A DNA stretch of 64,000 nt, taken from an uncultured virus (IMG/VR IMGVR_UViG_3300017747_004150) (taxonomy: Duplodnaviria; Heunggongvirae; Uroviricota; Caudoviricetes). This document shows positions 29,212 to 38,080 of this stretch, in pieces (position 1 is the first letter of the stretch; each line of letters begins with the position of its first letter). The DNA is taken from IMG/VR virus record IMGVR_UViG_3300017747_004150. One strand, 5' to 3'. The notes below the pieces were generated by a model. It searched no databases. It was not told the origin of the DNA and was given only the letters and a program-made list of their open reading frames with translations. Both the position numbers and the translations under genes were made by a program.

Positions 29212-29300
29212 AAAAAAAGCGACCTGGCAGTACCAAGTCGCTTTCACGGATGAAATATCAAGTGTATGAATTTGTAGAAACCGTTACAGTTCCCTGATCA
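29212..29300 (-). ncRNA. Candidate trans-acting antisense sRNA (~85 nt) complementary to early-gene start regions
   Basis: -7 box TAGATTTG (29306-29313); body contains UUCAUACACUUGAUA; ends in terminator AAAGCGACTTGG-TACTG-CCAGGTCGCTTTTTTT. Confidence 0.6.
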
Positions 29301-29310
29301 CAATACAAAT

Positions 29311-29592
29311 CTACAACTCTTTTACCGGTATTGCTATCCGGATGTACCCCGGCTTTCGTCGATGCACCCACTTACCAACGTGAGAAACACACATTTTCTC
29401 GATAAGATCCCCATTTAACCCCCGGTCAACAGCCTCCAACACCAGGTGTTTCACAAACTCATACTCCCGCTGGTCCACATCACAGTCCTTTGGCGCCTTC
29501 CAAAGTCTTTGGCAATACTTCAGCAATTCCCTGGAATCCTCATTCTTATCCAGCAAATCAAATTTTATCAGTTCCTCTCTCGATAGTGGCAT
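29311..29592 (-). CDS. Hypothetical protein (93 aa)
   Basis: ORF directly downstream of the PAPS-reductase-family gene. Confidence 0.7.
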   Translation of the reverse strand: MPLSREELIKFDLLDKNEDSRELLKYCQRLWKAPKDCDVDQREYEFVKHLVLEAVDRGLNGDLIEKMCVSHVGKWVHRRKPGYIRIAIPVKEL

Positions 29593-29594
29593 TT

Positions 29595-30602
29595 TTATTC
29601 ACAAATATTGTAAGCGCTCATGCATCTTGAATCTTCGTCCGCAATCTTCTCCTCAAAAATTACTCCCTGACGATCCAGTTCAGCAAAGTAATTATCCACG
29701 TCCTGCATAGTAATAATCCGGTCACCCTTATGCGATCGGGTATTTCCAACGCCTTTCTTCAGATAGTCCGGACGAAAAAACGTACTCTTCACTTCATTCT
29801 CCAACGCAATAATCTCCTTGATCCGTTCCGGAAAATGCTCACGTATCAGCTTAATTTCACCATGATTGCACAACACACACGGAAAACAACCCACCCTGGA
29901 AAACCCCAGGTAATACAACGGGTTTGGTTTTTGACCATTGGCCAGTATGTAATTCAACACTTCCGCCCCAGTCCAGGAAATTACCGGTCGCAAAATATCA
30001 TCTGCATATTGCTTTCTCCATTCCAGCACTTCCGCCTTCCGATACGTGTAAAACTTCTTGTCCTCTTTCCCTAATGCCAGACGTGCTTTTACTTGAGCCA
30101 TCTGAGCCCTTTCTGTATCACTCAACGCCCTCTTTGCCTCAATCGATTCCAATCTTGCCAATGTCATTGAATTGGATTTGTATGGCTCAAAGTAGTATTT
30201 GAAGAAAGTACACTCCCGGTTTGCACTGGCACGATCAAAACTCTCATCATTCCGAATCCCCTGAATAATAATCAGCGATTCCTTCTGATCAAGAATAAAA
30301 TCAACCATCGGCTTTGATTTTAACTCCTCCGTACAAAACCGGGCCATCCGACTTGGGAACCTTTTCTTTCTTTTAACCAGATCAACCATGCCATTTTCAT
30401 CCAGCTGACTTTTTGCATGCGTTACCTTCACGCCCATCTCACCGCAAACATCCGTGATGTGTTTGTAGGTAACCGGATTCTCCCAGCCCGTATCACAGAA
30501 CACAGCCTCGATCTTATTCAACGCCACACCCATTTCCTTCACAACCCAGATCAATGATGCCTGGCTGTCTTTGCCTCCACTAAACGCTACTACTATTTTC
30601 AT
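29595..30602 (-). CDS. PAPS reductase family protein
   Basis: FSGGKDS, CDTGWE, CTEELK, GIRNDES and SRVGCFPC. Confidence 0.9.
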   Translation of the reverse strand: MKIVVAFSGGKDSQASLIWVVKEMGVALNKIEAVFCDTGWENPVTYKHITDVCGEMGVKVTHAKSQLDENGMVDLVKRKKRFPSRMARFCTEELKSKPMVDFILDQKESLIIIQGIRNDESFDRASANRECTFFKYYFEPYKSNSMTLARLESIEAKRALSDTERAQMAQVKARLALGKEDKKFYTYRKAEVLEWRKQYADDILRPVISWTGAEVLNYILANGQKPNPLYYLGFSRVGCFPCVLCNHGEIKLIREHFPERIKEIIALENEVKSTFFRPDYLKKGVGNTRSHKGDRIITMQDVDNYFAELDRQGVIFEEKIADEDSRCMSAYNICE

Positions 30603-31060
30603 TTTTCTTCAAATTCAATTATTAAACTCCTTTGCTTTTTTGCCATCGGTACCCGCTCATTGGTACCACCCCTCCAAAAGATTTCTGAAGCAATAGTATA
30701 AGATCCACCGTCGCCAAACAACAACTTCAATTCCTTTAACCGGGCAATGCTTCTTGAAATCTGTGGCTGAGATAATTTTAGCTCCTCCGATATTTCCTTC
30801 CTTCTTCTGGCAGTCAACTCAATTTCACCCGTATTCAAAGCCGCCATCGCATTCAACTTGCCAAGCACCTTGTAATCGTCCGCATACTTAATTTCATAGT
30901 ACGGACCCATAAACTGAATGAACGTCATGAAAAACTGATCGGTCGTTTCAACCTTAATCGCAAACCGTTTGTCAATCACCTGGTGAATCACCTCACCCGT
31001 ATTGGAGTCAACTCCCTGCACAGTCGTTTCATGCTTTAAACGAATATTTTTACTACCCAT
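30599..31060 (-). CDS. RepL-like HTH protein
   Basis: VDSNTGEV N-terminal motif; HTH ISEELKLSQPQISRSIARLKE; YTIASEIFWRG; TAATTTTG -7 box at 31084-31091. Confidence 0.7.
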   Translation of the reverse strand: MGSKNIRLKHETTVQGVDSNTGEVIHQVIDKRFAIKVETTDQFFMTFIQFMGPYYEIKYADDYKVLGKLNAMAALNTGEIELTARRRKEISEELKLSQPQISRSIARLKELKLLFGDGGSYTIASEIFWRGGTNERVPMAKKQRSLIIEFEEK

Positions 31061-31126
31061 AAATTATTGATTTTTAACGTCAACAAAATTACAGAATCTG
31101 AACGAAATTGACAAGAGAAATCAATA

Positions 31127-31166
31127 CCATTGACGTATATGTCAAACCCATTGACGTATGTGTCAA
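31127..31166. repeat. Tandem palindromic operator/iteron pair, 21-bp period
   Basis: CCATTGACGTATATGTCAA (31127-31145) and CCATTGACGTATGTGTCAA (31148-31166). Confidence 0.85.
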
Positions 31167-32044
31167 GTTCATTGATTTTTGTAAACACTTAAATTAATGT
31201 AAATCACATACTTACAAAATAGGCCCTTCTTATCTGATTGTATATCTTTTTCACTTAGGTACCAACACCAATATTGACCTGGATTTAACCCTGGTTTTTG
31301 ACTCAAAAAAGACCCAGATCATCATCAAAATAAAAGACCTGGAAAGTAATCGAAAAGTAAAGGACAACAAGACTACATATGGGTTTGATTGCATGAAAGG
31401 ATACGGACGATTTTGATGTTGATTTGAAAGCAATGGACGATTCTGCTACCGGGCACGGCACGGCCCCCGGAGCCGCGGGCGGGTGGGCAAGCGAAAAGTG
31501 GCGAGTGGGGGGTCGGTTTTGCGGTGTGCGGGCGAAAGCATGGTCGTTCGGTCGGTCTGACTGTCGTCGACGCGGAAAGGGCAGGTCGGATTGACTCGAA
31601 CATGCGATCACATCCTGAAACCACCGAGGAAAGGGCAGTCGTTAGCCCGCGACGTTCTGATTTGTGCGGGCAGATGGTCATCAGGTCGGACACATTCGAA
31701 TGTCGACGCGTAGAAATCGGGGAAACTGGTGCAAAGTCTTGATCACTGGGGAAAAAATGAAGAGGGCAGGACAAAAGAGCGGAGCCGGTGTGCGAAAGGT
31801 AGCCGGAAACTTACGGACAAATTCAAACCGACATCGACCAGGCGAATTGATCTTCTTCAAAATCTGGATCTCAAAATCTGGTTGGTTTTTTCTGCTTTCT
31901 GTCTGTTTGGATTTTTTTCGAAGGCCAGTCAACCAAACCAAAACAAACCACATTCTCAACTTGATCAACTTATTAATCGCGGGTGCGTATGTGCGCGTAA
32001 GAAAGAATATTTTCTAACATTATAGGAATTATCAAAAGTTTATG

Positions 32045-32052
32045 TATGTTTG
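32045..32052 (+). promoter_or_regulatory. Early promoter -7 box TATGTTTG
   Basis: TAnnTTTG match at the start of the plus-strand gene block. Confidence 0.6.
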
Positions 32053-32115
32053 TCAGGTCGAAAGCGCGAAGGGATTTGCGGGAGTAGCGTTAACAATCTA
32101 ATTATCAAGTGTTTT

Positions 32116-32319
32116 ATGAAAAATCTATCAAATTTAGGGCTGTCTTACATGGGCTTTGGTGCCCTATTAATGTTCTTCGCGGGCTTCGCTGAGAACATGT
32201 TCGTGCTTGCTTCAGGCGGGTTATTTGTTTGCGTTGGTGGAGTGTTGCGGGTTATTGCATGGGAGTCTGTGCAGGACTCTAGCGAACAGGATTGGGAGTA
32301 TTTTTATTCATCCAACTAA
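32116..32319 (+). CDS. Small two-TM membrane protein
   Basis: ATG after the TATCAAGTGT motif; two hydrophobic segments. Confidence 0.7.
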   Translation: MKNLSNLGLSYMGFGALLMFFAGFAENMFVLASGGLFVCVGGVLRVIAWESVQDSSEQDWEYFYSSN

Positions 32320-32332
32320 ACCAGATACGGAA

Positions 32333-32476
32333 ATGGCAAAGCAAATCAACAGGGCAGAGACCGCTCAAGCACTTGCAAAGGCGATTGCATTTAAGCAATG
32401 CGGAAAGGATAAAGAAGCGGCGGAATGGGCTGCGAAATTGGTTCATTTGTTGGAGTGTGCGCAAATCCTGAAATAG
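32333..32476 (+). CDS. Small hypothetical protein (47 aa)
   Basis: MAKQINRAETAQALAKAIAFKQCGK..., helical. Confidence 0.65.
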   Translation: MAKQINRAETAQALAKAIAFKQCGKDKEAAEWAAKLVHLLECAQILK

Positions 32477-32477
32477 T

Positions 32478-32882
32478 ATGTTGACCAAAGTACAGAAATT
32501 AGAATTGGCCTTGGATGCTGCAAAGCGGGCAGAAAGGGGTTCACAAGTGACGGATGTTAAAATATTGCGTTCAATTGAAGCCGCGGGGTTTTGCGTGTTT
32601 GCAGAAGAAACGGGTAAGCCATACGGCTACACAAAAGGCACTGCTAACCACGTACAAAGTGTTTCAGACGGGGTTTTTCAGGTTGACGGAAATAGGTATT
32701 ACGGCCAAAAATTAGGTGGCTGGATGCGGATTTTTAAAATGCCAAAATCGGATGCTTGCAGCATGGTTTTACAGTTAATGGATAAAGATTTTGCCTATTT
32801 GGATGCTGTCCGCATTGCATTGGCATTGCATTCAGAGGAAACGGAATCGGGACTTTGTCAGGAATTGGAGCAATACATTTAA
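32478..32882 (+). CDS. Hypothetical early protein
   Basis: 134-aa ORF in a tight tandem array. Confidence 0.7.
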   Translation: MLTKVQKLELALDAAKRAERGSQVTDVKILRSIEAAGFCVFAEETGKPYGYTKGTANHVQSVSDGVFQVDGNRYYGQKLGGWMRIFKMPKSDACSMVLQLMDKDFAYLDAVRIALALHSEETESGLCQELEQYI

Positions 32883-32892
32883 GAAAAATATC

Positions 32893-33231
32893 ATGATCAA
32901 GATAACGCTACAAATTGACTCCATTGCACGTTTGTGCAATGGATTTGAACAGGCCAACGAAATGGCTGAAACGATTTTCAAAACCGGAAGATTCAGCGAT
33001 GTTTCTTACCATGTCCAGGACGGAAGCTTTACATGGTCCGGACGCATTGACCTGGAGCCCGCAAGTTTTCACAATACACACCGGGACCAGATCATTACGT
33101 GGCATTTGCGGACCATGTGCACAAACATTGCCAAATGTGATAAAGTTTGGATGTTTAAGCCCGGCATGATGAATGCGGCTAAAAATGACTGTATCGAAAT
33201 GCTTTCTATTCTTCCACCTTCAAAAAATTAA
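32893..33231 (+). CDS. Hypothetical early protein
   Basis: Likely start MIKITL at 32893. Confidence 0.7.
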   Translation: MIKITLQIDSIARLCNGFEQANEMAETIFKTGRFSDVSYHVQDGSFTWSGRIDLEPASFHNTHRDQIITWHLRTMCTNIAKCDKVWMFKPGMMNAAKNDCIEMLSILPPSKN

Positions 33232-33235
33232 CAAC

Positions 33236-33490
33236 ATGAAAAAGCTACTGGTTATCGCGGCACTTATCGGTCTATCATCCTGCACAAAGCAGGATGATAT
33301 TATCACTCCTAGTGTACTGGTCAGGGAGGTCGCAACAAGTCCAATTTACTACGCGGAAATCCTGCACAAAAACCTGTACAAAGTAGGCGATACTATTCGC
33401 ATTCAATACAATCAAATGCCGCGGCACGAAAAGGCATATCCAAGCAAACAACGGTATTTGTATACCACGGTCGTAATTATTAAAATCTAA
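33236..33490 (+). CDS. Lipoprotein
   Basis: MKKLLVIAALIGLSS-CTKQDD: lipobox followed by a K/D-rich segment. Confidence 0.75.
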   Translation: MKKLLVIAALIGLSSCTKQDDIITPSVLVREVATSPIYYAEILHKNLYKVGDTIRIQYNQMPRHEKAYPSKQRYLYTTVVIIKI

Positions 33491-33502
33491 CAAAAAACCA
33501 AT

Positions 33503-33712
33503 ATGGCAAGTAAAGAGAAAGACAAAGCCCTGTTTGTGGCATTTTACTACTTTGAAGTAGGGCATCCAAACGCTACCCTTTGGCAGACGTTTGACGACGT
33601 TTACAAAATGGCTGAGGAATTTGTGGAAACCTACGACATAAACGACGGGTGGGAAGATAGATCCTTTGAGGACTATATGGTTGAATTCATTAAAGCCCGC
33701 GTCGATTACTAA
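33503..33712 (+). CDS. Small acidic early protein
   Basis: 69 aa; start region AAAAACCAATATG. Confidence 0.7.
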   Translation: MASKEKDKALFVAFYYFEVGHPNATLWQTFDDVYKMAEEFVETYDINDGWEDRSFEDYMVEFIKARVDY

Positions 33713-33713
33713 A

Positions 33714-33760
33714 AACCCGAATGGTTCTTTGTTTCCGGTTCGATTCCGGAAACGGGTTCA
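33714..33760 (+). ncRNA. tRNA-like top-half element (T-loop hairpin plus acceptor-like stem)
   Basis: TTTCCGG-TTCGATT-CCGGAAA stacked on AACCCG/CGGGTT; no anticodon arm. Confidence 0.55.
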
Positions 33761-33796
33761 ATGGCAATATTGCCAGATTTATAAAATTCAAGTTAT

Positions 33797-34039
33797 ATGA
33801 ACAGACTAACATTAAAAGCACTTTTACTGGATACCATTACTTTCCTGAAATTTGGGCATCATACTGCACCAAACTGGAGAAACGCAAAGGTTGAACTTTG
33901 CACATTACTGGGGCAAAAATCCAATATTAGCGCGAAGCAATTACTTGCGGGCATTGGACTGGTTTATCGGGATAATGAAATTGAAGAAGAATTTTGGGCT
34001 GTTATTGACAAATTCGACGCGGCCAAATTTTTAGATTAA
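33797..34039 (+). CDS. Hypothetical early protein
   Basis: 80 aa; TCAAGT motif upstream. Confidence 0.7.
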   Translation: MNRLTLKALLLDTITFLKFGHHTAPNWRNAKVELCTLLGQKSNISAKQLLAGIGLVYRDNEIEEEFWAVIDKFDAAKFLD

Positions 34040-34061
34040 TCAACATCATTTTATCAAGTAT

Positions 34062-34691
34062 ATGAAAACAATTGAAATTAATGTCTATCAGTTCAGTGAA
34101 TTGTCAGACGAAGCCAAAGAAGTGGCAAGAGAATGGTACAGAAACACAAGTTTCGAAAATGGCTTTGCATGGTCCGGCGAAGCCTATGACAGCCTGAAAG
34201 CCTTTTGCAAAAGGTTTAATATTAAATACCGGAGTGCATGCTTTTCGCAATACTCTGAAGTGAATTACTCCCTTTCTGATATTGACGATACAATTTTGGA
34301 CCTATCCGGAAAAAAGCTTATTTCCTATTTATGGAATTATGACGATTTGATCATTCAGAGAAAAACCTACTGGTTTGTCCGAAAGCCAGACGGGACCAGA
34401 TACATGAATGCAATAGGCCAAAATTCTGGTAAGTACGTTTCGAAATGCCAATGGCAGCCCGCGGAATGTCCATTTACCGGAGTTTGTTTTGATGATGATT
34501 TGCTGCAACCTTTCCAAAACGCGGTTAGAAAAGGATACGTTGGAACTTTTGGCGATTTGCTTGAAGACTGTATTCAGGCATGGATTAAGTCCGCTAATGC
34601 AGACTGCAAAGGCCAGCTGTCAGACTCTTACATTGACGAACACTTAGAAATTAATAACTACGAATTTACTGAAGACGGAAAAAGATATTAA
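34062..34691 (+). CDS. Conserved phage early protein
   Basis: VYQFSELSDEAKEVAREW...NNYEFTEDG termini, familiar from small early phage proteins; function unknown. Confidence 0.75.
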   Translation: MKTIEINVYQFSELSDEAKEVAREWYRNTSFENGFAWSGEAYDSLKAFCKRFNIKYRSACFSQYSEVNYSLSDIDDTILDLSGKKLISYLWNYDDLIIQRKTYWFVRKPDGTRYMNAIGQNSGKYVSKCQWQPAECPFTGVCFDDDLLQPFQNAVRKGYVGTFGDLLEDCIQAWIKSANADCKGQLSDSYIDEHLEINNYEFTEDGKRY

Positions 34692-34692
34692 G

Positions 34693-34980
34693 ATGAAAAA
34701 AATGCTATTCACTTGCCTTTTGCTGATAGGATTTTCAGCCCAGGCACAACAAAAACCAAATGTAACAATTGACGCGAAGGGAAACTTTCGCGCAATTGCC
34801 AAACGCGATACGGCGATACAGACTGATAGATTTTTCATTGACTCAAAGGGGCAGTTATGCCCTGTTTGGAGATCCGGAAATGGAAAGCTATTTGCCATTC
34901 GAATTTCCAGAAAAACGGGTAACCCCTACAAGTTTTACCTGAAACCAAATACAGATCTTCACGATTGGGAAGGTAACTAA
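34693..34980 (+). CDS. Secreted protein
   Basis: Signal peptide MKKMLFTCLLLIGFSAQA followed by Gln (Bacteroidota Q-rule). Confidence 0.75.
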   Translation: MKKMLFTCLLLIGFSAQAQQKPNVTIDAKGNFRAIAKRDTAIQTDRFFIDSKGQLCPVWRSGNGKLFAIRISRKTGNPYKFYLKPNTDLHDWEGN

Positions 34981-34987
34981 AAACGGC

Positions 34988-35036
34988 TCCTGTTTCCGAA
35001 ATTGGTTAATCCGGCTCAGAACCGGAAACAGGACAA
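34988..35036 (+). ncRNA. tRNA-like top-half element
   Basis: 7-bp TCCTGTT/AACAGGA plus 5-bp TCCGG-CTCAGAA-CCGGA; T-loop is non-canonical. Confidence 0.45.
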
Positions 35037-35073
35037 TGCGATGATGCAGATTAATTTTTATCAAGTGTAATTT

Positions 35074-35475
35074 ATGATTGACATTAAAAAGGAAAAGCAG
35101 AAAATGGTGGACAAAATCCTGACGGACTGCCGCGTATTTTTCGCGTTCTCAAATTCTCAATTTGAGGAAGGAAAAAAAGAAACTCCACTGGAAGAAGGTG
35201 ACAAATACATTTCAATCGGTGCTGGTGGATACATGCCAAAATCTAAACTAGCTGAATTTGAAAAAGGATTCAAAGACATGAAAGCATGGTATAAAAAAAC
35301 CATTAAAGAAAACAAGGAAGCACGACGAGCTTTGATAGTTAAAGAATTGGCAAACCATGAAGCTTATTATACCTGCTGCATTGCAGATACATTGGTAGCA
35401 CTTGGAAAAGACTTCAAGCCAAAAGAAGTTTGGGCAGTATTCAATGCAGAAAGACAATTTCAAGAACTCTATTGA
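35074..35475 (+). CDS. Conserved hypothetical early protein
   Basis: FFAFSNSQFEEG...SIGAGGY...ELANHEAYYT. Confidence 0.75.
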   Translation: MIDIKKEKQKMVDKILTDCRVFFAFSNSQFEEGKKETPLEEGDKYISIGAGGYMPKSKLAEFEKGFKDMKAWYKKTIKENKEARRALIVKELANHEAYYTCCIADTLVALGKDFKPKEVWAVFNAERQFQELY

Positions 35476-35477
35476 TT

Positions 35478-35723
35478 ATGACATTATCAGAATATTTGAA
35501 TCCAGAACGACCAGTGGAACGCCTGGACAGTGGAGTAGTTAAGCTTCAGGAAAATGAAGTAACTGTATGGACAAACACGGCTGCAAAATGCCGTGTTGCT
35601 ACTATCAAACTTTTTGACAAACATTACCAATACCGTACCAGCACTTTGAACAGCAAGACTCTTTACGCGATTGACGAAAGAGGAAAACCTTACAAAGCAT
35701 CCGTTTTTAGCCTTGACTTTTAA
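35478..35723 (+). CDS. Hypothetical early protein
   Basis: Likely start MTLSEY at 35478. Confidence 0.65.
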   Translation: MTLSEYLNPERPVERLDSGVVKLQENEVTVWTNTAAKCRVATIKLFDKHYQYRTSTLNSKTLYAIDERGKPYKASVFSLDF

Positions 35724-35734
35724 CCAATACCATC

Positions 35735-35950
35735 ATGTTACCAATACATTTCGAACCATTACCGGACTACATCCTGCCACATATCAAAGTCAGACATTTG
35801 CAGGAAGCAAGGTTGACCATTTCCGCGGGGAACCTGATTCAGTTAATCGGGGCACGCCACAAGGACCGACCTATTAACCAGTTCGCCACTCAGCAACCAG
35901 TCCGTTGGTTTGCGGCCAAATTATTAGCCGAAACCCTTTGCCTTAATTAG
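35735..35950 (+). CDS. Hypothetical early protein
   Basis: 71-aa ORF in the array. Confidence 0.6.
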   Translation: MLPIHFEPLPDYILPHIKVRHLQEARLTISAGNLIQLIGARHKDRPINQFATQQPVRWFAAKLLAETLCLN

Positions 35951-35971
35951 TAATCCAATACAAGAAATTCT

Positions 35972-36208
35972 ATGAAAACGACATTATTCAGCTGGTATGC
36001 CGAAAATTATCCAAGTGATGATTTAGGTAGTGAAATACACAAAGTTTATACGTTTGAAAATTTGGATGCAGCCCTTAATAGTGGGCAAAATCCTTATCGC
36101 ATCATTGGCGTATCTGATAGCATAATCAGAGAACGTCTTTTCGAAAAACTTGCAGAGTTAAAGCAGGTGGAATATTCAGAAGTTTACAATAAATGGCTAT
36201 CAGCATGA
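35972..36208 (+). CDS. Hypothetical early protein
   Basis: 78 aa; DSIIRERLFEKLAE. Confidence 0.7.
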   Translation: MKTTLFSWYAENYPSDDLGSEIHKVYTFENLDAALNSGQNPYRIIGVSDSIIRERLFEKLAELKQVEYSEVYNKWLSA

Positions 36209-36555
36209 AAACAGAAATTTTAGAAAAATCAGAACCATCGCTTTGTGCGGTTTGTAGTTCACACGGCGTTTTGACAATCAATGCCATTACTGGGGAAGTT
36301 GTTTCGATTAATCTGGAAGAACCGGAAAGCGAAGAAGGAAAAGACCTTGCATCCATTGCAAGGTTTGACCTTGAAGAATGGAAGGGCAAATATCAGAAAT
36401 CAGAACTGCCGAAATCCATTGACATTTTAGACCTGGGCTACTGGTACGGAAACAATCCGGAGCAGTACGAAGAACCAGCACATGACTGGAGAATTGAAAC
36501 CGAAGAAATGCGGAAAGACGACAACGTGGGAACCTATAACCTTATCAATTTTTAA
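36205..36555 (+). CDS. Acidic hypothetical early protein
   Basis: ATGA coupling; DILDLGYW. Confidence 0.7.
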   Translation: MKTEILEKSEPSLCAVCSSHGVLTINAITGEVVSINLEEPESEEGKDLASIARFDLEEWKGKYQKSELPKSIDILDLGYWYGNNPEQYEEPAHDWRIETEEMRKDDNVGTYNLINF

Positions 36556-36558
36556 AAC

Positions 36559-37011
36559 ATGGAATATCTGTATATTGTTGATCCGGCCAATTTTACCGGA
36601 AACGTCCTGAATACAATGCCTTTTGTTGAAAAGGGCACCAGACACGGAATGGAACTTGTAAACCATACTTACGTCCATTACAATGAAGGATTGAGTTTTG
36701 CAGAATACAACAAGCAACACGGGGGCCGATTACTGGCCCTTACTTGGGATGAGTTCAACACTCAATTTTATTCGGCACACTTAAAAAACTTGTGCAAAGA
36801 GTTCAGGCCAATAACCAAGGAGGATTTTTGGGATGCACTGGAATGTTTGCCACCAAAAAGATGGACCAGATCCAGCGGTTCAGAGTTTTTCTTCATGGGA
36901 GAATGTTACACGGCTAATCTGTACAGCTGTTTTGTTCGAAAAGGAGAAAACTACTTTTCCGCACTCAGGCCAATAAACACACCGGACCATGAAATTTTTA
37001 ACCTAATCTGA
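36559..37011 (+). CDS. DUF1419-like protein
   Basis: ITKEDFWDALECLPPKRW...FFMGE. Confidence 0.65.
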   Translation: MEYLYIVDPANFTGNVLNTMPFVEKGTRHGMELVNHTYVHYNEGLSFAEYNKQHGGRLLALTWDEFNTQFYSAHLKNLCKEFRPITKEDFWDALECLPPKRWTRSSGSEFFFMGECYTANLYSCFVRKGENYFSALRPINTPDHEIFNLI

Positions 37012-37047
37012 ATACTTGGCGATTCATTAATTTTTAAAATCAAGTCT

Positions 37048-37212
37048 ATGAAAACATTTGAAATTTATTTTATCGACGAACGCGGCAGCAGAGTAACTGT
37101 AAAAGTTCAGGCATGCGATCAGAAAGAGGCCAGGAGAAACGCACGCACTCAAACGCATAGATTGAACATGCGAATGATTGGCGGCCCAACAGAAGCTTTT
37201 GAAACAGCTTAA
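37048..37212 (+). CDS. Small hypothetical protein (54 aa)
   Basis: Read manually (MKTFEIYFIDERG...); ATCAAGTCTATG start motif. Confidence 0.65.
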   Translation: MKTFEIYFIDERGSRVTVKVQACDQKEARRNARTQTHRLNMRMIGGPTEAFETA

Positions 37213-37216
37213 TCCA

Positions 37217-37384
37217 ATGAGGGGAAATCCAAGAAATAAAAATGGCCAGATACTTCAGGAAATGCTGAAGTCTGGCCATTGGTCTGGCAATGTTGGCAAG
37301 ATGACCGAAGGGAAAAAACTGGTAGCTGATACGCCAATATTTTCAGCACTGGAAGCAGAAAAACAATTATCAATTTTTAAGTAA
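37217..37384 (+). CDS. Small hypothetical protein
   Basis: Likely start MRGNPR at 37217. Confidence 0.55.
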   Translation: MRGNPRNKNGQILQEMLKSGHWSGNVGKMTEGKKLVADTPIFSALEAEKQLSIFK

Positions 37385-37391
37385 AACCAAT

Positions 37392-37670
37392 ATGTCAAAA
37401 TTCAAATTTAACATTCACAACGTGATGAAGGTCGCCGACCTTGATCCGGAATCTGTTTCTGCCGGACTGGTAAAACTGATCAAAGAAGAAGGTCTGGTTT
37501 ATGAAGATCATAAACTTAGAGAACACTTGTATGATGTCAATGACATCTTTGAAAAACTGGATTCGCAATACATTGAAAATGTATCTGACGAGGTGATAGA
37601 GGAGTTGCAGAGTCTGGTAAAGCTCCTGGGGAAAAAAGATTGTGCCTATATCCGTTTAGTTTTTGCATAA
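37392..37670 (+). CDS. Hypothetical early protein
   Basis: 92 aa; start region AAAACCAATATG. Confidence 0.7.
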   Translation: MSKFKFNIHNVMKVADLDPESVSAGLVKLIKEEGLVYEDHKLREHLYDVNDIFEKLDSQYIENVSDEVIEELQSLVKLLGKKDCAYIRLVFA

Positions 37671-37672
37671 CC

Positions 37673-38080
37673 ATGGCGAAGTATTCAATTATTTTGGTTG
37701 AGAGACACTCCGGTGGAGTTGTTTCTGGTCCTTGGGTTCAGGATGTAATAGGAACTCCGGCTGAAGCAGTAGCCGCAACACTTGCGACCTACAATGCAAA
37801 TGGCAAGAAAAACCACTATGCACTCATTCCACAGGTTACATCCATTAATTCTGCCCATGAATTGTTTCATGAAATAATTCATGAATTATGGCCAGAACCG
37901 TCAGCATTTGCCATAGACACTCCAAATCCAGAGTTGAAAAGGATGATGTCCACCGGGCTGGAGGCAATACACCACCTCAAAGAAGTTGTGGGAATGCTTG
38001 GTGCTGAATGGTATCAAGTAGATGAAGTAGCCGATGCCATAAAATTCATGAAAACCATTGATCCGGATTATACGCCATGA
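37673..38080 (+). CDS. Hypothetical early protein
   Basis: Likely start MAKYSI at 37673. Confidence 0.7.
   Translation: MAKYSIILVERHSGGVVSGPWVQDVIGTPAEAVAATLATYNANGKKNHYALIPQVTSINSAHELFHEIIHELWPEPSAFAIDTPNPELKRMMSTGLEAIHHLKEVVGMLGAEWYQVDEVADAIKFMKTIDPDYTP

Noticed and set aside
29266..29277. Plus-strand gene starting at ATCAAGTGTATG
   Set aside because: The frame stops after three codons (M-N-L).
31251..32025. Several overlapping ORFs in the GC-rich region
   Set aside because: No plausible initiation regions and unprotein-like composition; explained by high GC.
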